From an uncultured Acidobacteriota bacterium (GTDB lineage: Bacteria; Acidobacteriota; Thermoanaerobaculia; UBA5066): a stretch of 64,000 nt of DNA. The stretch is from contig CAWIUK010000013.1 in NCBI GenBank assembly GCA_963839295.1, positions 67,603 through 131,602 of the forward strand, read 5' to 3'. The notes beneath the pieces are model-generated. The model searched no databases. It was not told the origin of the DNA and saw nothing but the letters and a program-made list of their open reading frames with translations. The translations under genes and the position numbers were made by a program. Below are positions 21,725 to 31,282 of the stretch, piece by piece (the first letter of the stretch is position 1; every line of letters starts with the position of its first letter).

Positions 21725-22075
21725 CTACGTGCCCGGGCCCAGCGCCGCCTCGCCCCGTTCGCCCGTCTTGACGCGGAGGGCCTCGAGGACGGGCAGGACG
21801 AAGACCTTGCCGTCGCCCCGGCGGCCCGTGTGGCCGGCGCGGTAGAGCGCCTCGACGAGCGCGTCCGCCTCGTCGTCGCGACAGACGATCTCGACGCGGA
21901 TCTTCTTCGTCATCTCGACGCCGAGGTGCTCCCGGTGCTCGGGGTGCGAGGCGTCGTGCTCCTGCCCGAAGCCGCGCGCGTCCGAGATCGTGAGGCCGTG
22001 CGCGTGCGATTCCGAGAGGGCGTCCACGATCGCGAAGAGGCGGTCGGGCGGAAAGAAGCCGAGGACGTAGCGCAT
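21725..22075 (-). CDS. P-II family signalling protein with His-rich T-loop
   Basis: GLTISDARGFG, KIRVEIV, AGHTGRRGDGKVFVLPV..ALRVKTGERG; ATG overlaps the czcA stop. Confidence 0.9.
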   Translation of the reverse strand: MRYVLGFFPPDRLFAIVDALSESHAHGLTISDARGFGQEHDASHPEHREHLGVEMTKKIRVEIVCRDDEADALVEALYRAGHTGRRGDGKVFVLPVLEALRVKTGERGEAALGPGT

Positions 22076-25000
22076 CAGTATTCCTCCTCCTCGCGTTCGA
22101 AGAGCTCGTAGAGGACGGGCAGGACGAAGAGCGTGAGCAGCGTGGCGGTCACGAGGCCGCCGATGATGACGACGGCGAACGGGCGCTGGGTCTCGGCGCC
22201 CACGGCGTGCGAGAGCGCGGCCGGCAGGAGCCCGAAGGCGGCCATCGCGGCCGTCATGAGGACGGGGCGGAAGCGCGTGAGCGCTCCCTCCGTGACGGCC
22301 TCCGCGAGCCCCCGGCCCGTCCGGCGGAGCTCGCGGATGCGCTCGACGAGGAGGACGCCGTTCTGGACGGAGACGCCGAAGAGCGCGATGAAGCCGACGA
22401 GGGCGGAGACGGAGAGCGTGAGGCCGGCGAGGGGGAGGGCGAAGAGGCCGCCGACGGCCGCGAAGGGCACGTTCAGGAGGATGAGGGTCGCGAGGCGCGG
22501 CGAGTCGAAGGCCGCGAAGAGGAGAAAGAAGATCGCGGCGAGCGTGATCGGGAGGACGACCATGAGGCGCTTGAGGGCGCGCTGCTGGTTCTCGAACGAG
22601 CCCGTCCACTCGAGCCGGTAGCCGGGCGGGAGCTTCACGGCGGCGTCGACCTTCTTCTGCGCCTCGGCGACGAGCGAGCCGAGGTCCCGGCCGCGGACGG
22701 AGAGCTTCACGGCGATGCGGCGGGAATTCTCCTCGCGGAAGACGCGGGCCGAGCCCGGCGCGAGCCGCACGTCCGCCACGGAGCCGAGCGTCAGCTTCTC
22801 GCCGTTCGGCCCGAGGATCGGGATCGCGCGGATCGACTCGAGGCCCGTCACGGCCCCCGGGTCGACGCGCACGACGAGGTCGAACGTCTTCTCGCCCTCG
22901 AGGATCTGCGTCGCGACCGCGCCGCCGAGCGCGGTCTCGATGACCGTCTGGACGTCCGAGACCGACAGCCCGTAGCGGCCGATCGCCGGGCGGTCGACCG
23001 AGATCTGGACCTGCGGCTGGCCCGCGAGGCGCTCGGCCGCGACGTCGGCGGCACCCGGCACGGTGTCGAGGACGGCGGCCGTCCGGTCCGCGAGGTCCTG
23101 CAGGACGGCCGGGTCCTCGCCGAAGATCTTCACGGAGAGCTCGCTCTTGATGCCGGACACGGCCTCGTTCACGTTGTCCTCGATCACCTGCGAGAACGTG
23201 AGCTCGATCCCGGGGATCGCGGACAGCTTCCGGTTCATGGCGTCCGAGAGCGCGTCGCGCGTCCTGGCGGTCGTCCACTTCTCGCGGGGGAGGAGGTCCA
23301 CGTAGAGCTCCACCGTGTCGAAGCCGTTCACGTCGGTGCCGTCGTCCGGGCGGCCGAGCTGGCTCACGATCGTCGTCACCTCCGGAAAGGACGCGAGCGT
23401 CGTGCGGATCTGGCGCGTGAGGCGGCCGGCCTCGGACGGCGAGATCGACCCGGGAAAGGTCGCGCGCACCCAGAGCGCGCCCTCGTCGAGCTTCGGGAGG
23501 AACTCGGAGCCGAGGAGGAGCGCCGTGCCGACGCCGGCGGCGAGGAGCGCGGCCGACGCGGCGACGGCGGCCTTCCGCCGGCCGAGGACCCAGGCGAGCG
23601 CGGGCCGGTAGGCGCGCGTCAGCAGGCGGACGGTCGCGGACTCGGCGTCGTGCCCGGACGCGTGCCCCTCGCCGCGATGCCTCACCGCGAAGCTCGCGAG
23701 GACGGGAACGATCGTGAGCGCGAGGACGGTCCCCCAGAGAAGCGCGAACGTGAGCGTCAGCGCCATCGGCCGGAAGATCTTTCCCTCCACGCGCTGGAGC
23801 GTGTAGAGCGGCAGGAACGCCGTGATGAGGATCGCCTTCGAGAAGAGGATCGGCTTGCCGACCTCGCTCGTGGCCTGGACGATCGCGGCCGAGAGCGACC
23901 GGACCTTTCCACCCCGCTCCTCGAGGATCCGCAGGAGGTTCTCGACGACGACGACGGCCGAGTCCACGATGATCCCGAAGTCGATCGCCCCCATCGAGAT
24001 GAGGTTCGCCGGGATGCCGCGCAGGTCGAGGAGGAGGAACGCGCCGAGGAGGGAGAGCGGGACGACGGCCGCGACGACGAGCGCCGAGCGCGCGTTCGCG
24101 ACGCCGAGGAACGCGACGAGAACGACGAGGACGAAGCCGATCCCCTCGACCATGTTCTTGCGCACGGTGTGGAGCGTGCGGTCGATGAGCGCGGTCCGGT
24201 CGTAGTGCGGGACGATCCTCACGCCGGGCGGGAGGCCGCCGGCGTTCATCTCGGCGACCTTCGCGCGGACGCGTTCGAGGACCTCGAGCGCGTTTTCGCC
24301 CTTGCGCAGGAGGACGATCCCCTGCACCACGTCGTCCTCGTCGGCGCCGCCCACCGTCTTGCCGACGCGGCCGAGCCGGATGCGCGGGCCGACGCCCGCG
24401 GCGGCGACGTCGCGGATCCGGATCGGCGTCCCGTTCCGCGTCGCGACGGCGATCTCGCCGATGTCGGCCGTCGACTGGACGAGCCCGAGGCCGCGCACGA
24501 CGTACATCTCGGAGCCGTGCTCGATGTACGCCCCGCCGGCGTTCCGGTTGCCCTTCGAGAGCGCGTCGAAAACCTGCGGGAGCGTGAGGCCGTAGGACTT
24601 GAGCTTCAGCGGGTCGACGTTGACCTGGTACTGCTTGGTCGGGCCGCCGAACCCGACGACGTCCACGACGCCGGGAACCGTCCGGAGCTTGCGCTCGACG
24701 ACCCAGTCCTCGAGGGACTTCAGCTCGAGCGGCGAGAACCCGGGCGGCCCGACGACCGTGTACCGGTAGATCTCGCCGACCGGGGTCGAGTCCGGCGAGA
24801 GGTTCGCCTGCGCTCCTCCGGGAAGGACGACGGACTGAAGGCGCTCGAACGCCTGGTTGCGGACGTAGGCGCGGTCCGCGTCGTCCTCGAAGACGATCGT
24901 CACGACGGAGAGCCCGAAGATCGAGATCGAGCGCATCGAGGCGCGCTTCGGGATCCCGTTCATCTCGTTCTCGACGGGGATCGTGACGAGTCGCTCGACC

Positions 25001-25179
25001 TCCTCGGCCGCGTGGCCCGGGAAGAGCGTGATGATCTGGACCTGGACGTTCGTGACGTCCGGGTAGGCCTCGACGGGGAGGCGCACGAACGCGAACACCC
25101 CGAACGCGACGAAGACGACGAGGAGCGCGAGGACGATCACGCGCCGCCGGAGCGCCCAGGCGACGAGCGCGCGGATCAC
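22075..25179 (-). CDS. czcA: Heavy-metal efflux RND permease, CzcA type
   Basis: LPVEAYPDVTNVQV, GEIYRY, GAIDFGIIVDSAVVVVEN, EGKIFRPMA, EFLPKLDEG, RFRPVLMTA; 1034 aa. Confidence 0.93.
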   Translation of the reverse strand: MIRALVAWALRRRVIVLALLVVFVAFGVFAFVRLPVEAYPDVTNVQVQIITLFPGHAAEEVERLVTIPVENEMNGIPKRASMRSISIFGLSVVTIVFEDDADRAYVRNQAFERLQSVVLPGGAQANLSPDSTPVGEIYRYTVVGPPGFSPLELKSLEDWVVERKLRTVPGVVDVVGFGGPTKQYQVNVDPLKLKSYGLTLPQVFDALSKGNRNAGGAYIEHGSEMYVVRGLGLVQSTADIGEIAVATRNGTPIRIRDVAAAGVGPRIRLGRVGKTVGGADEDDVVQGIVLLRKGENALEVLERVRAKVAEMNAGGLPPGVRIVPHYDRTALIDRTLHTVRKNMVEGIGFVLVVLVAFLGVANARSALVVAAVVPLSLLGAFLLLDLRGIPANLISMGAIDFGIIVDSAVVVVENLLRILEERGGKVRSLSAAIVQATSEVGKPILFSKAILITAFLPLYTLQRVEGKIFRPMALTLTFALLWGTVLALTIVPVLASFAVRHRGEGHASGHDAESATVRLLTRAYRPALAWVLGRRKAAVAASAALLAAGVGTALLLGSEFLPKLDEGALWVRATFPGSISPSEAGRLTRQIRTTLASFPEVTTIVSQLGRPDDGTDVNGFDTVELYVDLLPREKWTTARTRDALSDAMNRKLSAIPGIELTFSQVIEDNVNEAVSGIKSELSVKIFGEDPAVLQDLADRTAAVLDTVPGAADVAAERLAGQPQVQISVDRPAIGRYGLSVSDVQTVIETALGGAVATQILEGEKTFDLVVRVDPGAVTGLESIRAIPILGPNGEKLTLGSVADVRLAPGSARVFREENSRRIAVKLSVRGRDLGSLVAEAQKKVDAAVKLPPGYRLEWTGSFENQQRALKRLMVVLPITLAAIFFLLFAAFDSPRLATLILLNVPFAAVGGLFALPLAGLTLSVSALVGFIALFGVSVQNGVLLVERIRELRRTGRGLAEAVTEGALTRFRPVLMTAAMAAFGLLPAALSHAVGAETQRPFAVVIIGGLVTATLLTLFVLPVLYELFEREEEEY

Positions 25180-26324
25180 TTCTTCTCCCCGGCGGACGAG
25201 AAGAGCGACGAGAGGAGGAGGCTCCCGTCCGTGACGACCCGCGCGCCTTCCGGAAGACCGGAGAGAACCGGGACCTTCCCGTCGCGCTCGGGCCCGACCG
25301 TCACGCGCGTCCGCCGGAACCGCGACGGCCCCGCCGCGACGAAGCAGACGCGGCCGGCGCCGTCCGTCAGGATCGCGCGGGCCGGGACGACCGTCGCCGG
25401 TCGCGGGGACTTCCCGGAAACCTCGACGGTCACGTACATCTCGGCCTTGAGGAGACCGGCGGCGTTGTCGACGGCGCCGCGGGCGCGCACGGTGCGCGTC
25501 GCGGGGTCGAGCGCGTCGCCGACGAGCTCGAGCCGGCCCTCGAACGTCCGGTCCGGCCACGCGGCGGAGCGGATCGCGAGGCGGTCGCCGGGCGCGAGGA
25601 GCGCGAGGTCGCGCTCCGTCACGTCGAGCCAGACCCAGAGCGCCCGGGGGTTCGTCACGACGAAGAGGGGCACGGCGGCGTCGGGGCGCGCCTCCTGGCC
25701 GGGATTCGCGTTGCGCTCGACGACGACGCCGGGCAGGGGAGACGTGAGCCGGAAGAGCTGGTCGGGGCCTCGGGCGGGATCGGCGATCGCCCCCACGTCG
25801 CCGCCCCAGCGCGCGAGGCGCGCGGACGTGCGGGACGCCTCCGCGCGGGCGCGCGAGAGGTCCGCGTCGGCGGCGTCGAGGTCCTTGCGCGGCGTGGCGC
25901 CGCGTTCGTACAGGCGCGCTGTGCGCTCGCGGTTGCGCTGGGCGGCGGCGAGGTCGGCGGCGGCCCGGGCCGCGTCGGACTGCGCCTGGCCGTAGTCGGG
26001 GGACGAGATCTCCGCGAGGAGGTCGCCCGCGCCGACCCGCGCGCCGACCGGCCCCCGGAGCGCCACGATGCGGCCGGCGACCGGCGGGAAGACGCGCACG
26101 GTCGCGTCCTCGCTCCACGCGAGGCGGCCGGTCACGGCGACGGGCGGGGCGGACTCTTTCGCGGCCGCCTCCAGTCCGAGGGAGGCGAGCTGGGGTGCCC
26201 CGTCGGCGAAGGCGATCTCGTCGCCGTCCACGCGGGGCGCGGGCGCCTCCGCGGCGGGCGGCGCGGACCTGCCGCAGCCCGCGAGGACGGCGGCGAAAAG
26301 GACGGCACAGGTGGTCTTCTTCAT
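25176..26324 (-). CDS. czcB: RND periplasmic adaptor (membrane fusion) lipoprotein
   Basis: Lipobox LAGC, GRIV, helical hairpin, SPLPGVVVERN, DPATRTVRAR, LKAEMY. Confidence 0.88.
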   Translation of the reverse strand: MKKTTCAVLFAAVLAGCGRSAPPAAEAPAPRVDGDEIAFADGAPQLASLGLEAAAKESAPPVAVTGRLAWSEDATVRVFPPVAGRIVALRGPVGARVGAGDLLAEISSPDYGQAQSDAARAAADLAAAQRNRERTARLYERGATPRKDLDAADADLSRARAEASRTSARLARWGGDVGAIADPARGPDQLFRLTSPLPGVVVERNANPGQEARPDAAVPLFVVTNPRALWVWLDVTERDLALLAPGDRLAIRSAAWPDRTFEGRLELVGDALDPATRTVRARGAVDNAAGLLKAEMYVTVEVSGKSPRPATVVPARAILTDGAGRVCFVAAGPSRFRRTRVTVGPERDGKVPVLSGLPEGARVVTDGSLLLSSLFSSAGEKK

Positions 26325-27604
26325 TTCGTCTCCAGGGCGCCCGAAACGGCGAGGCGCGCGGCGCGGTAGTCCGCGTACGCGGCGGCGAGGTCTCCCTGCG
26401 CCGCGGCGGCGGCGATGAGGATGTCGTTGGCGTTGCGCTCGGCCTCGAGGAGCTCGAGGAGGGAGGAGCCGCCCTGTTCCCAGGCGTAGCGGACGGTGTC
26501 GCGGACGGACGTCGCCTTCGGGACGAGCTCGCCGCCGAGCCGCGCGGCCCGCGCGCGCGCGACGTCGAGCGCCTGACGCGTCGCCGCGAGGTCCTGCTCG
26601 GCTCGGACGCGGCCCCGGACGAGGTCGCGGCGCGCCGACTCGGCGGCGACGGAGGCCGCCCGGATCGCGCCTGCGTTGTGATTGAAGACGGGGATCGGGA
26701 ACGAGACGCCGAACCCGAACGTGTTCCGCTGGTCGGGCGGCTCGCGCTCGTACTGGACGAGGAGCGTCGGGTCGGGCACTCGGAACGCCTTCTGGAGGGC
26801 GAGGTCCGCGTCCGCGCGGCGGACGGCGGCGTCGAGCGCGAGGACGTCGGGCCGATTCGCGAGGATGGTCCCGTCCTGCGGCGCGGCGCCCGGCTCCCCG
26901 GCGCCGGCCGCGAGGGCGTCGAGGTCCTCCGCGAGCGCGACGGCGGGCCGGTTCAGGAGCGCGGCGAGGGCGCGCAGGGCGTTCCCGGCGGCGAGGTCGG
27001 CCTGCGCGGCATCCGCGAGGAACCTCCCGGCCGCGATCTCGACCTGCGCGCGGTCGGCGGCGGAGATGTCCCCTGCCGCCTCGCGTTCGCGCGCGATCGC
27101 GACCGATCGCGAGAATGAGGCCGCGGAGTCGCGCGTGAGCGAGGCGCTTTTCTCGGCGACCGCCGCCGCGACGTACGTCTTCACGACGGCGGCGTCGAGG
27201 AGGCGTCCGGCGTCCGCGAGGCGGGCGTCGGCGCCGGCGATCCCGGCGTCGGCCGAGGCCCGCCGGTTCGAACGCTTGCCGCCGATCTCGACGAGCTGGC
27301 CCGCCGACACGATCGTGTCGTACGTGCGGTCGTAGAAGCCGTTGCCGTGCACGGTGCCGGCGGGCGTGCCGTCCGTCGGGATCTTCGCCGTCAGGTAGGA
27401 CAGGACCGGGTTCGGAAGCGCGACCGCCTGGTCGCGCAGGGCCCGGGCGCCCTCGAGGTCGGCGCGCGCGGCGAGGAGGTCCGGGTTGCTCTCGCGCGCG
27501 AGGGCCACGGCCTCGGCGAGCGTCACCCGGGCGGGCTCGTCGCCGCGGGCGGGAAGCGCGGACGCGGCGAGCGCGCCCGCGATGAGGACGATCGCGGTCT
27601 TCAA
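26321..27604 (-). CDS. czcC: TolC-family outer membrane factor
   Basis: A..NPDL.AA, PNP, GGKR, PVFNHNAGAI, GGSSLLELLEA; TTG start behind GGAGGAG. Confidence 0.87.
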   Translation of the reverse strand: MKTAIVLIAGALAASALPARGDEPARVTLAEAVALARESNPDLLAARADLEGARALRDQAVALPNPVLSYLTAKIPTDGTPAGTVHGNGFYDRTYDTIVSAGQLVEIGGKRSNRRASADAGIAGADARLADAGRLLDAAVVKTYVAAAVAEKSASLTRDSAASFSRSVAIAREREAAGDISAADRAQVEIAAGRFLADAAQADLAAGNALRALAALLNRPAVALAEDLDALAAGAGEPGAAPQDGTILANRPDVLALDAAVRRADADLALQKAFRVPDPTLLVQYEREPPDQRNTFGFGVSFPIPVFNHNAGAIRAASVAAESARRDLVRGRVRAEQDLAATRQALDVARARAARLGGELVPKATSVRDTVRYAWEQGGSSLLELLEAERNANDILIAAAAAQGDLAAAYADYRAARLAVSGALETK

Positions 27605-27673
27605 GGTCTCCTCCGGCGGCGCACGGCGCCGCCTCGTCAGCGTCTTTCGGCGGGAAAGAGCTAGGAGAGGAGA
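27605..27673 (-). promoter_or_regulatory. Putative translational attenuator: anti-SD in the leader ORF 3' end pairing with the czcC SD, enclosing two hairpins
   Basis: mRNA anti-SD UCUCCUCU (27673-27666) is complementary to SD GGAGGAGA (27614-27607). Internal hairpins at 27643-27659 (6-bp stem) and 27615-27633 (8-bp stem). Confidence 0.6.
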
Positions 27674-28014
27674 GCCGGGGGGCCGCGCGCGGCGATGCCG
27701 CGGGGCGCGGGAGCGCAGGAGGCGAGGTCGCGGTTCGCGGAGGGTGCCGGGGCGACGGGGCGGGGAGAGGCCGCGGGCACGGCGTCGACGGGCGTGTCGA
27801 GGACGAGGAGCGAAGGCATGTCCGGGATGTCCGCTCCCCAGGCGCGGGGCGCGTACAGGTCCGGGCCGGGCGTGTTCGGGTCGTCCGCGAGCCCGGTGTT
27901 TCCGGCCGCGAGGTCCCTGAGGTCGTCGGCCAGCACCGCGCCGGCCCCGAGGACCGGGGCGAGGAAGGCCGCGACGAGGAGCGCGGCGGCGGAGCGGGCG
28001 GCAAAACGGCGCAT
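27661..28014 (-). CDS. Leader ORF with signal peptide and C-terminal RGPP motif (putative ribosome arrest peptide; CzcI/DUF2946-like position)
   Basis: MRRFAARSAAALLVAAFLA signal, Asp/Pro-rich middle, ends ARGPPALLS*; TACAAT -10-like box 17 nt upstream of the ATG. Confidence 0.7.
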   Translation of the reverse strand: MRRFAARSAAALLVAAFLAPVLGAGAVLADDLRDLAAGNTGLADDPNTPGPDLYAPRAWGADIPDMPSLLVLDTPVDAVPAASPRPVAPAPSANRDLASCAPAPRGIAARGPPALLS

Positions 28015-28112
28015 GGCGATCCGGGCCGTGGATTGTACGCAGGTCCGGTGCCGGGACTCTGTCTCCGTGCCGCGTTTCGAACTACGATGCGCGGCGGGAT
28101 GGGTGCCCGGCC

Positions 28113-28940
28113 GTGAAAGATCTCTCCGAAGTCCTCGCGACGGAAGGCGAGATCGTGCGCCTCGATCCCGACCACCCGGGCTTCAAGGATCCCGTGTACC
28201 GCGCGCGCCGGAACGAGATCGCCCGGCTCGCGCTCCAGTACGGGGCCGGAGACCCGATCCCGCGCGTCGACTACACGTCCGAGGAGCAGGCCGTGTGGCG
28301 GCTCACGTGGGAAAGGCTCTGGCCCCTGCACGAGACGCATGCCTGCTACGAGTGGCTCGAGAGTTCGAAGGTCCTGTCCCTCGACCGCGCGAGTGTCCCC
28401 CAGCTCGCGGACGTGAACGTCACGCTCGAGCGCTCGGGGTTCCGCATGCTGCCCGTCGCGGGCCTCATCCAGGGCCGCGGTTTCCTCTCCGCGATGTCGC
28501 AGGGCGTCTTTCTCTCGACGCAGTACATGCGGCACCACTCCGTGCCGTTCTACACGCCGGAGCCCGACGTCATCCACGAGCTCGTCGGGCACGCGGCGAG
28601 CCTCTTCCATCCCGACATCGTCCGGCTCTCGCGCCTCTTCGGCGAGGCGGCCTCGCGCGCGAGCGACGAGGCGATGAAGCGGCTCGAGCTCGTCTACTGG
28701 TACACGCTCGAGTTCGGGCTCGTCGAGGAAAGGGGCTCGCTCCGGACGTACGGCGCGGGCGTCCTGTCGTCGTTCGGCGAGATGGAACGCATGACGACGG
28801 AGGCCGAGCTCCGCCCGCTGGACTTCGCGGACGCGTCGGCGCGCCCATACGACCCGACGCGCTACCAGCCGGTCCTGTACGTCTCGCCGTCCTGGGACCG
28901 GATGGTCGCGGACGTGTCGGACTGGCTGAAGACGATCTGA
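28113..28940 (+). CDS. phhA: Phenylalanine 4-hydroxylase (pterin-dependent aromatic amino acid hydroxylase)
   Basis: [54 protein letters not shown]. Confidence 0.93.
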   Translation: MKDLSEVLATEGEIVRLDPDHPGFKDPVYRARRNEIARLALQYGAGDPIPRVDYTSEEQAVWRLTWERLWPLHETHACYEWLESSKVLSLDRASVPQLADVNVTLERSGFRMLPVAGLIQGRGFLSAMSQGVFLSTQYMRHHSVPFYTPEPDVIHELVGHAASLFHPDIVRLSRLFGEAASRASDEAMKRLELVYWYTLEFGLVEERGSLRTYGAGVLSSFGEMERMTTEAELRPLDFADASARPYDPTRYQPVLYVSPSWDRMVADVSDWLKTI

Positions 28941-28963
28941 CCTCGCGCCCGTAGACTCCGGCC

Positions 28964-30261
28964 GTGCCGCCGCCCCCGCGCCCGTACGACGCGCTGAAGC
29001 ACCGCGACTTCCGCCGCCTCGCGATCACGCAGCTCCTCTCGCTCGTCGGGTCGCAGATGCAGAACGTCGCGATCGACTGGCACGTCTGGGTCCTGACGCG
29101 CTCGCCGCTCGCGCTCGGCCTCGTCGGCCTCGTGCGCGTCGTCCCGATCGTGGCGCTCTCGCTCGTCGGGGGGCTCGTCGCGGACCGGCACGACCGCCGC
29201 CGCGTCATGCTCGCGACCCAGTCCGCGATGACGCTCGTCGCCCTCGCGCTCGGGACGGCGACGCTCCTCGGCCGGGACTCGGTCGGCCTCGTCTACGTCC
29301 TCACGGCCTGCACGTCGGCCGCGGGCGCGTTCGACAACCCGGCCCGACAGTCGCTCGTCCCGCGCCTCGTGCCGCCGCGCGAGCTCCCGGGCGCCCTCGC
29401 GATCCTCCTCTCCGCGTTCCAGCTCGCGGCGATCGGCGGGCCCGCGCTGACGGGCCTGATCCTCGCGGGCTCGGCGCACGCGTCGCCGGCGGCGGCCTCG
29501 CACGCCCACGCGGGCGGCCTCGCCCTCGTCTATTTCCTGAACGCGGCCTCGTTCGCGGGCGTACTCGTCACGCTCGCGACGCTCCGCGCGTCGGGCCGCG
29601 TCGAGCGCGCGGAAGGCGCGCCGGAGCACCCGATCGAATCGCTGCGCGAGGGCCTCCGGTTCGTCTTCACGACGCCGATCCTCGTCTGGACGATGACGCT
29701 CGACTTCTTCGCGACGTTCTTCGCGGGCTCGATGTCGCTCCTCCCGATCTTCGCGGACCGCATCCTCCTCGTCGGGCCCGCGGGCTACGGCTGGCTCCGC
29801 GCCGCCCCGGGCATCGGCGCGTTCGCCTGCGTCCGTCTGGACGTCGGTCGTCGGCCTCCCGCGGCGGCAGGGGCGCGTCTTCCTGTGGGCGGTCGCGGCG
29901 TACGGGGCCGTCACCGTCGTCTTCGGCCTCTCGCGGAGCTTCGCGCTGACGCTCGCGGCGCTCGCGCTCGTGGGGCTGACGGACACGATCTCGACGGTCG
30001 TGCGGCAGACCGTGAGGCAGCTCGTGACGCCCGACGCGCTCCGCGGGCGGATGACGGGCGTCAACATGATCTTCTTCATGGGCGGGCCGCAGCTCGGCGA
30101 GCTCGAAGCGGGCTTCGTCGCGAGCCTCTTCGTGTCGGTCGCGGCCGGCGCGACGTTCGCCGTCGTCTCGGGCGGCGTCGGGACGATCCTGGTCGCGGCG
30201 TTCGTCGCGTGGCGCGCGAAGGGACGTCCGCGGCTACGAGTGGTCCGCGGCCGGCGGCTGA
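28964..30261 (+). CDS. MFS transporter, DHA3/EntS-like (frameshifts at ~29830 and ~30220)
   Basis: [28 protein letters not shown], then [17 protein letters not shown] in a second frame. Confidence 0.85.
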
Positions 30262-31209
30262 CGCCCGCGTTCCTTGCGCTCCTCCATCTCCTCGAGGCTC
30301 CTCGGCCAGTCGCCGCGCAGGAGGCGCGAGAGCGACCGGTCCGCGAGGAGCCTGCCGCCGGTCTGGCACGCCGGGCAGTAGTTCGTCTCGTTCGCCTCGT
30401 AAACGATTCGCTGGACTCCGGTCCCGCACCGCGGGCAGGGATTCCCGAACTTCCCGTGGACCGCCATTTCCGCGCGGAAGGCCGTGACCTTCTCCGGGAA
30501 CCGTCTCCGGCCTCGCGCCGCAGGCGGTCCGTCCAGTCGAGGAGAGTCGCGCGCGTCGCGTCGAAGAGCCGCGCCGCCTCGGCGTCGTCGAGGCGCGACG
30601 TGAGCGCGACGGGGGAGAGGCGCGCGGCGTGGAGGATCTCGTCCGAGTACGCGTTGCCGATGCCGGAGAAGAGCGTCGGGTCCGTCAGGGCGCGCTTCAG
30701 CGTGTGGTTCTCGCACCTAAGCGCGCACGACGAAGGCCTCGCGCGACGCCTCGAGGGGCTCGAGCCCGCCGGGGTCGAGGGCGGCGAGCGCCTCGCGCCC
30801 GGCGACGACGCGCACCCACGCCCGCTTCTTCGGGCTGGCCTCGGTCAGGAGGAGAGACCCATGGGCAAGATGCAGAGAAAGGAGGCCGATTTTCTTTGGA
30901 ATGGAGAATGGCGGCGTCGCCTGCCTTCCACCGAAGGCGGCCCGACGACCATGAGATGCAGGACGAGAAAAAGGCTGCCGTCGGGATCGCGCTCCTGGTT
31001 CGGGTCCCTCTCTTCCCCTTCAAAGGAAAATACGAGCCGTTTGCCCAGCCGGGACACCCCCCGCAGCGCGCGGCCTTCGAGGGCGCCAGGGGCGGCGCCA
31101 CCGACCGCAGGACGAACGGGCTCGCGAGGCGCACCTTGCGCAGCGTCTCGCCCTTCAGCAGCCGCTCGAGATGCTCGGCGTAGACGGTGACGTCCGGAAG
31201 CTCGGGCAC
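30234..31209 (-). CDS. mutM: Fpg/Nei family DNA glycosylase (several frameshifts)
   Basis: MPELPD N-terminus, RLGKRL, LHLM, H2[14 protein letters not shown], zinc finger CPRC...CPACQ, spread over several frames. Confidence 0.85.
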
Positions 31210-31282
31210 GGGCCGAGGCTATCGCGGCCTCCGGCCGCGGGAATACCGGCGCCGTGTCCCCCGTTGCCAGACCCGGTTCAGA

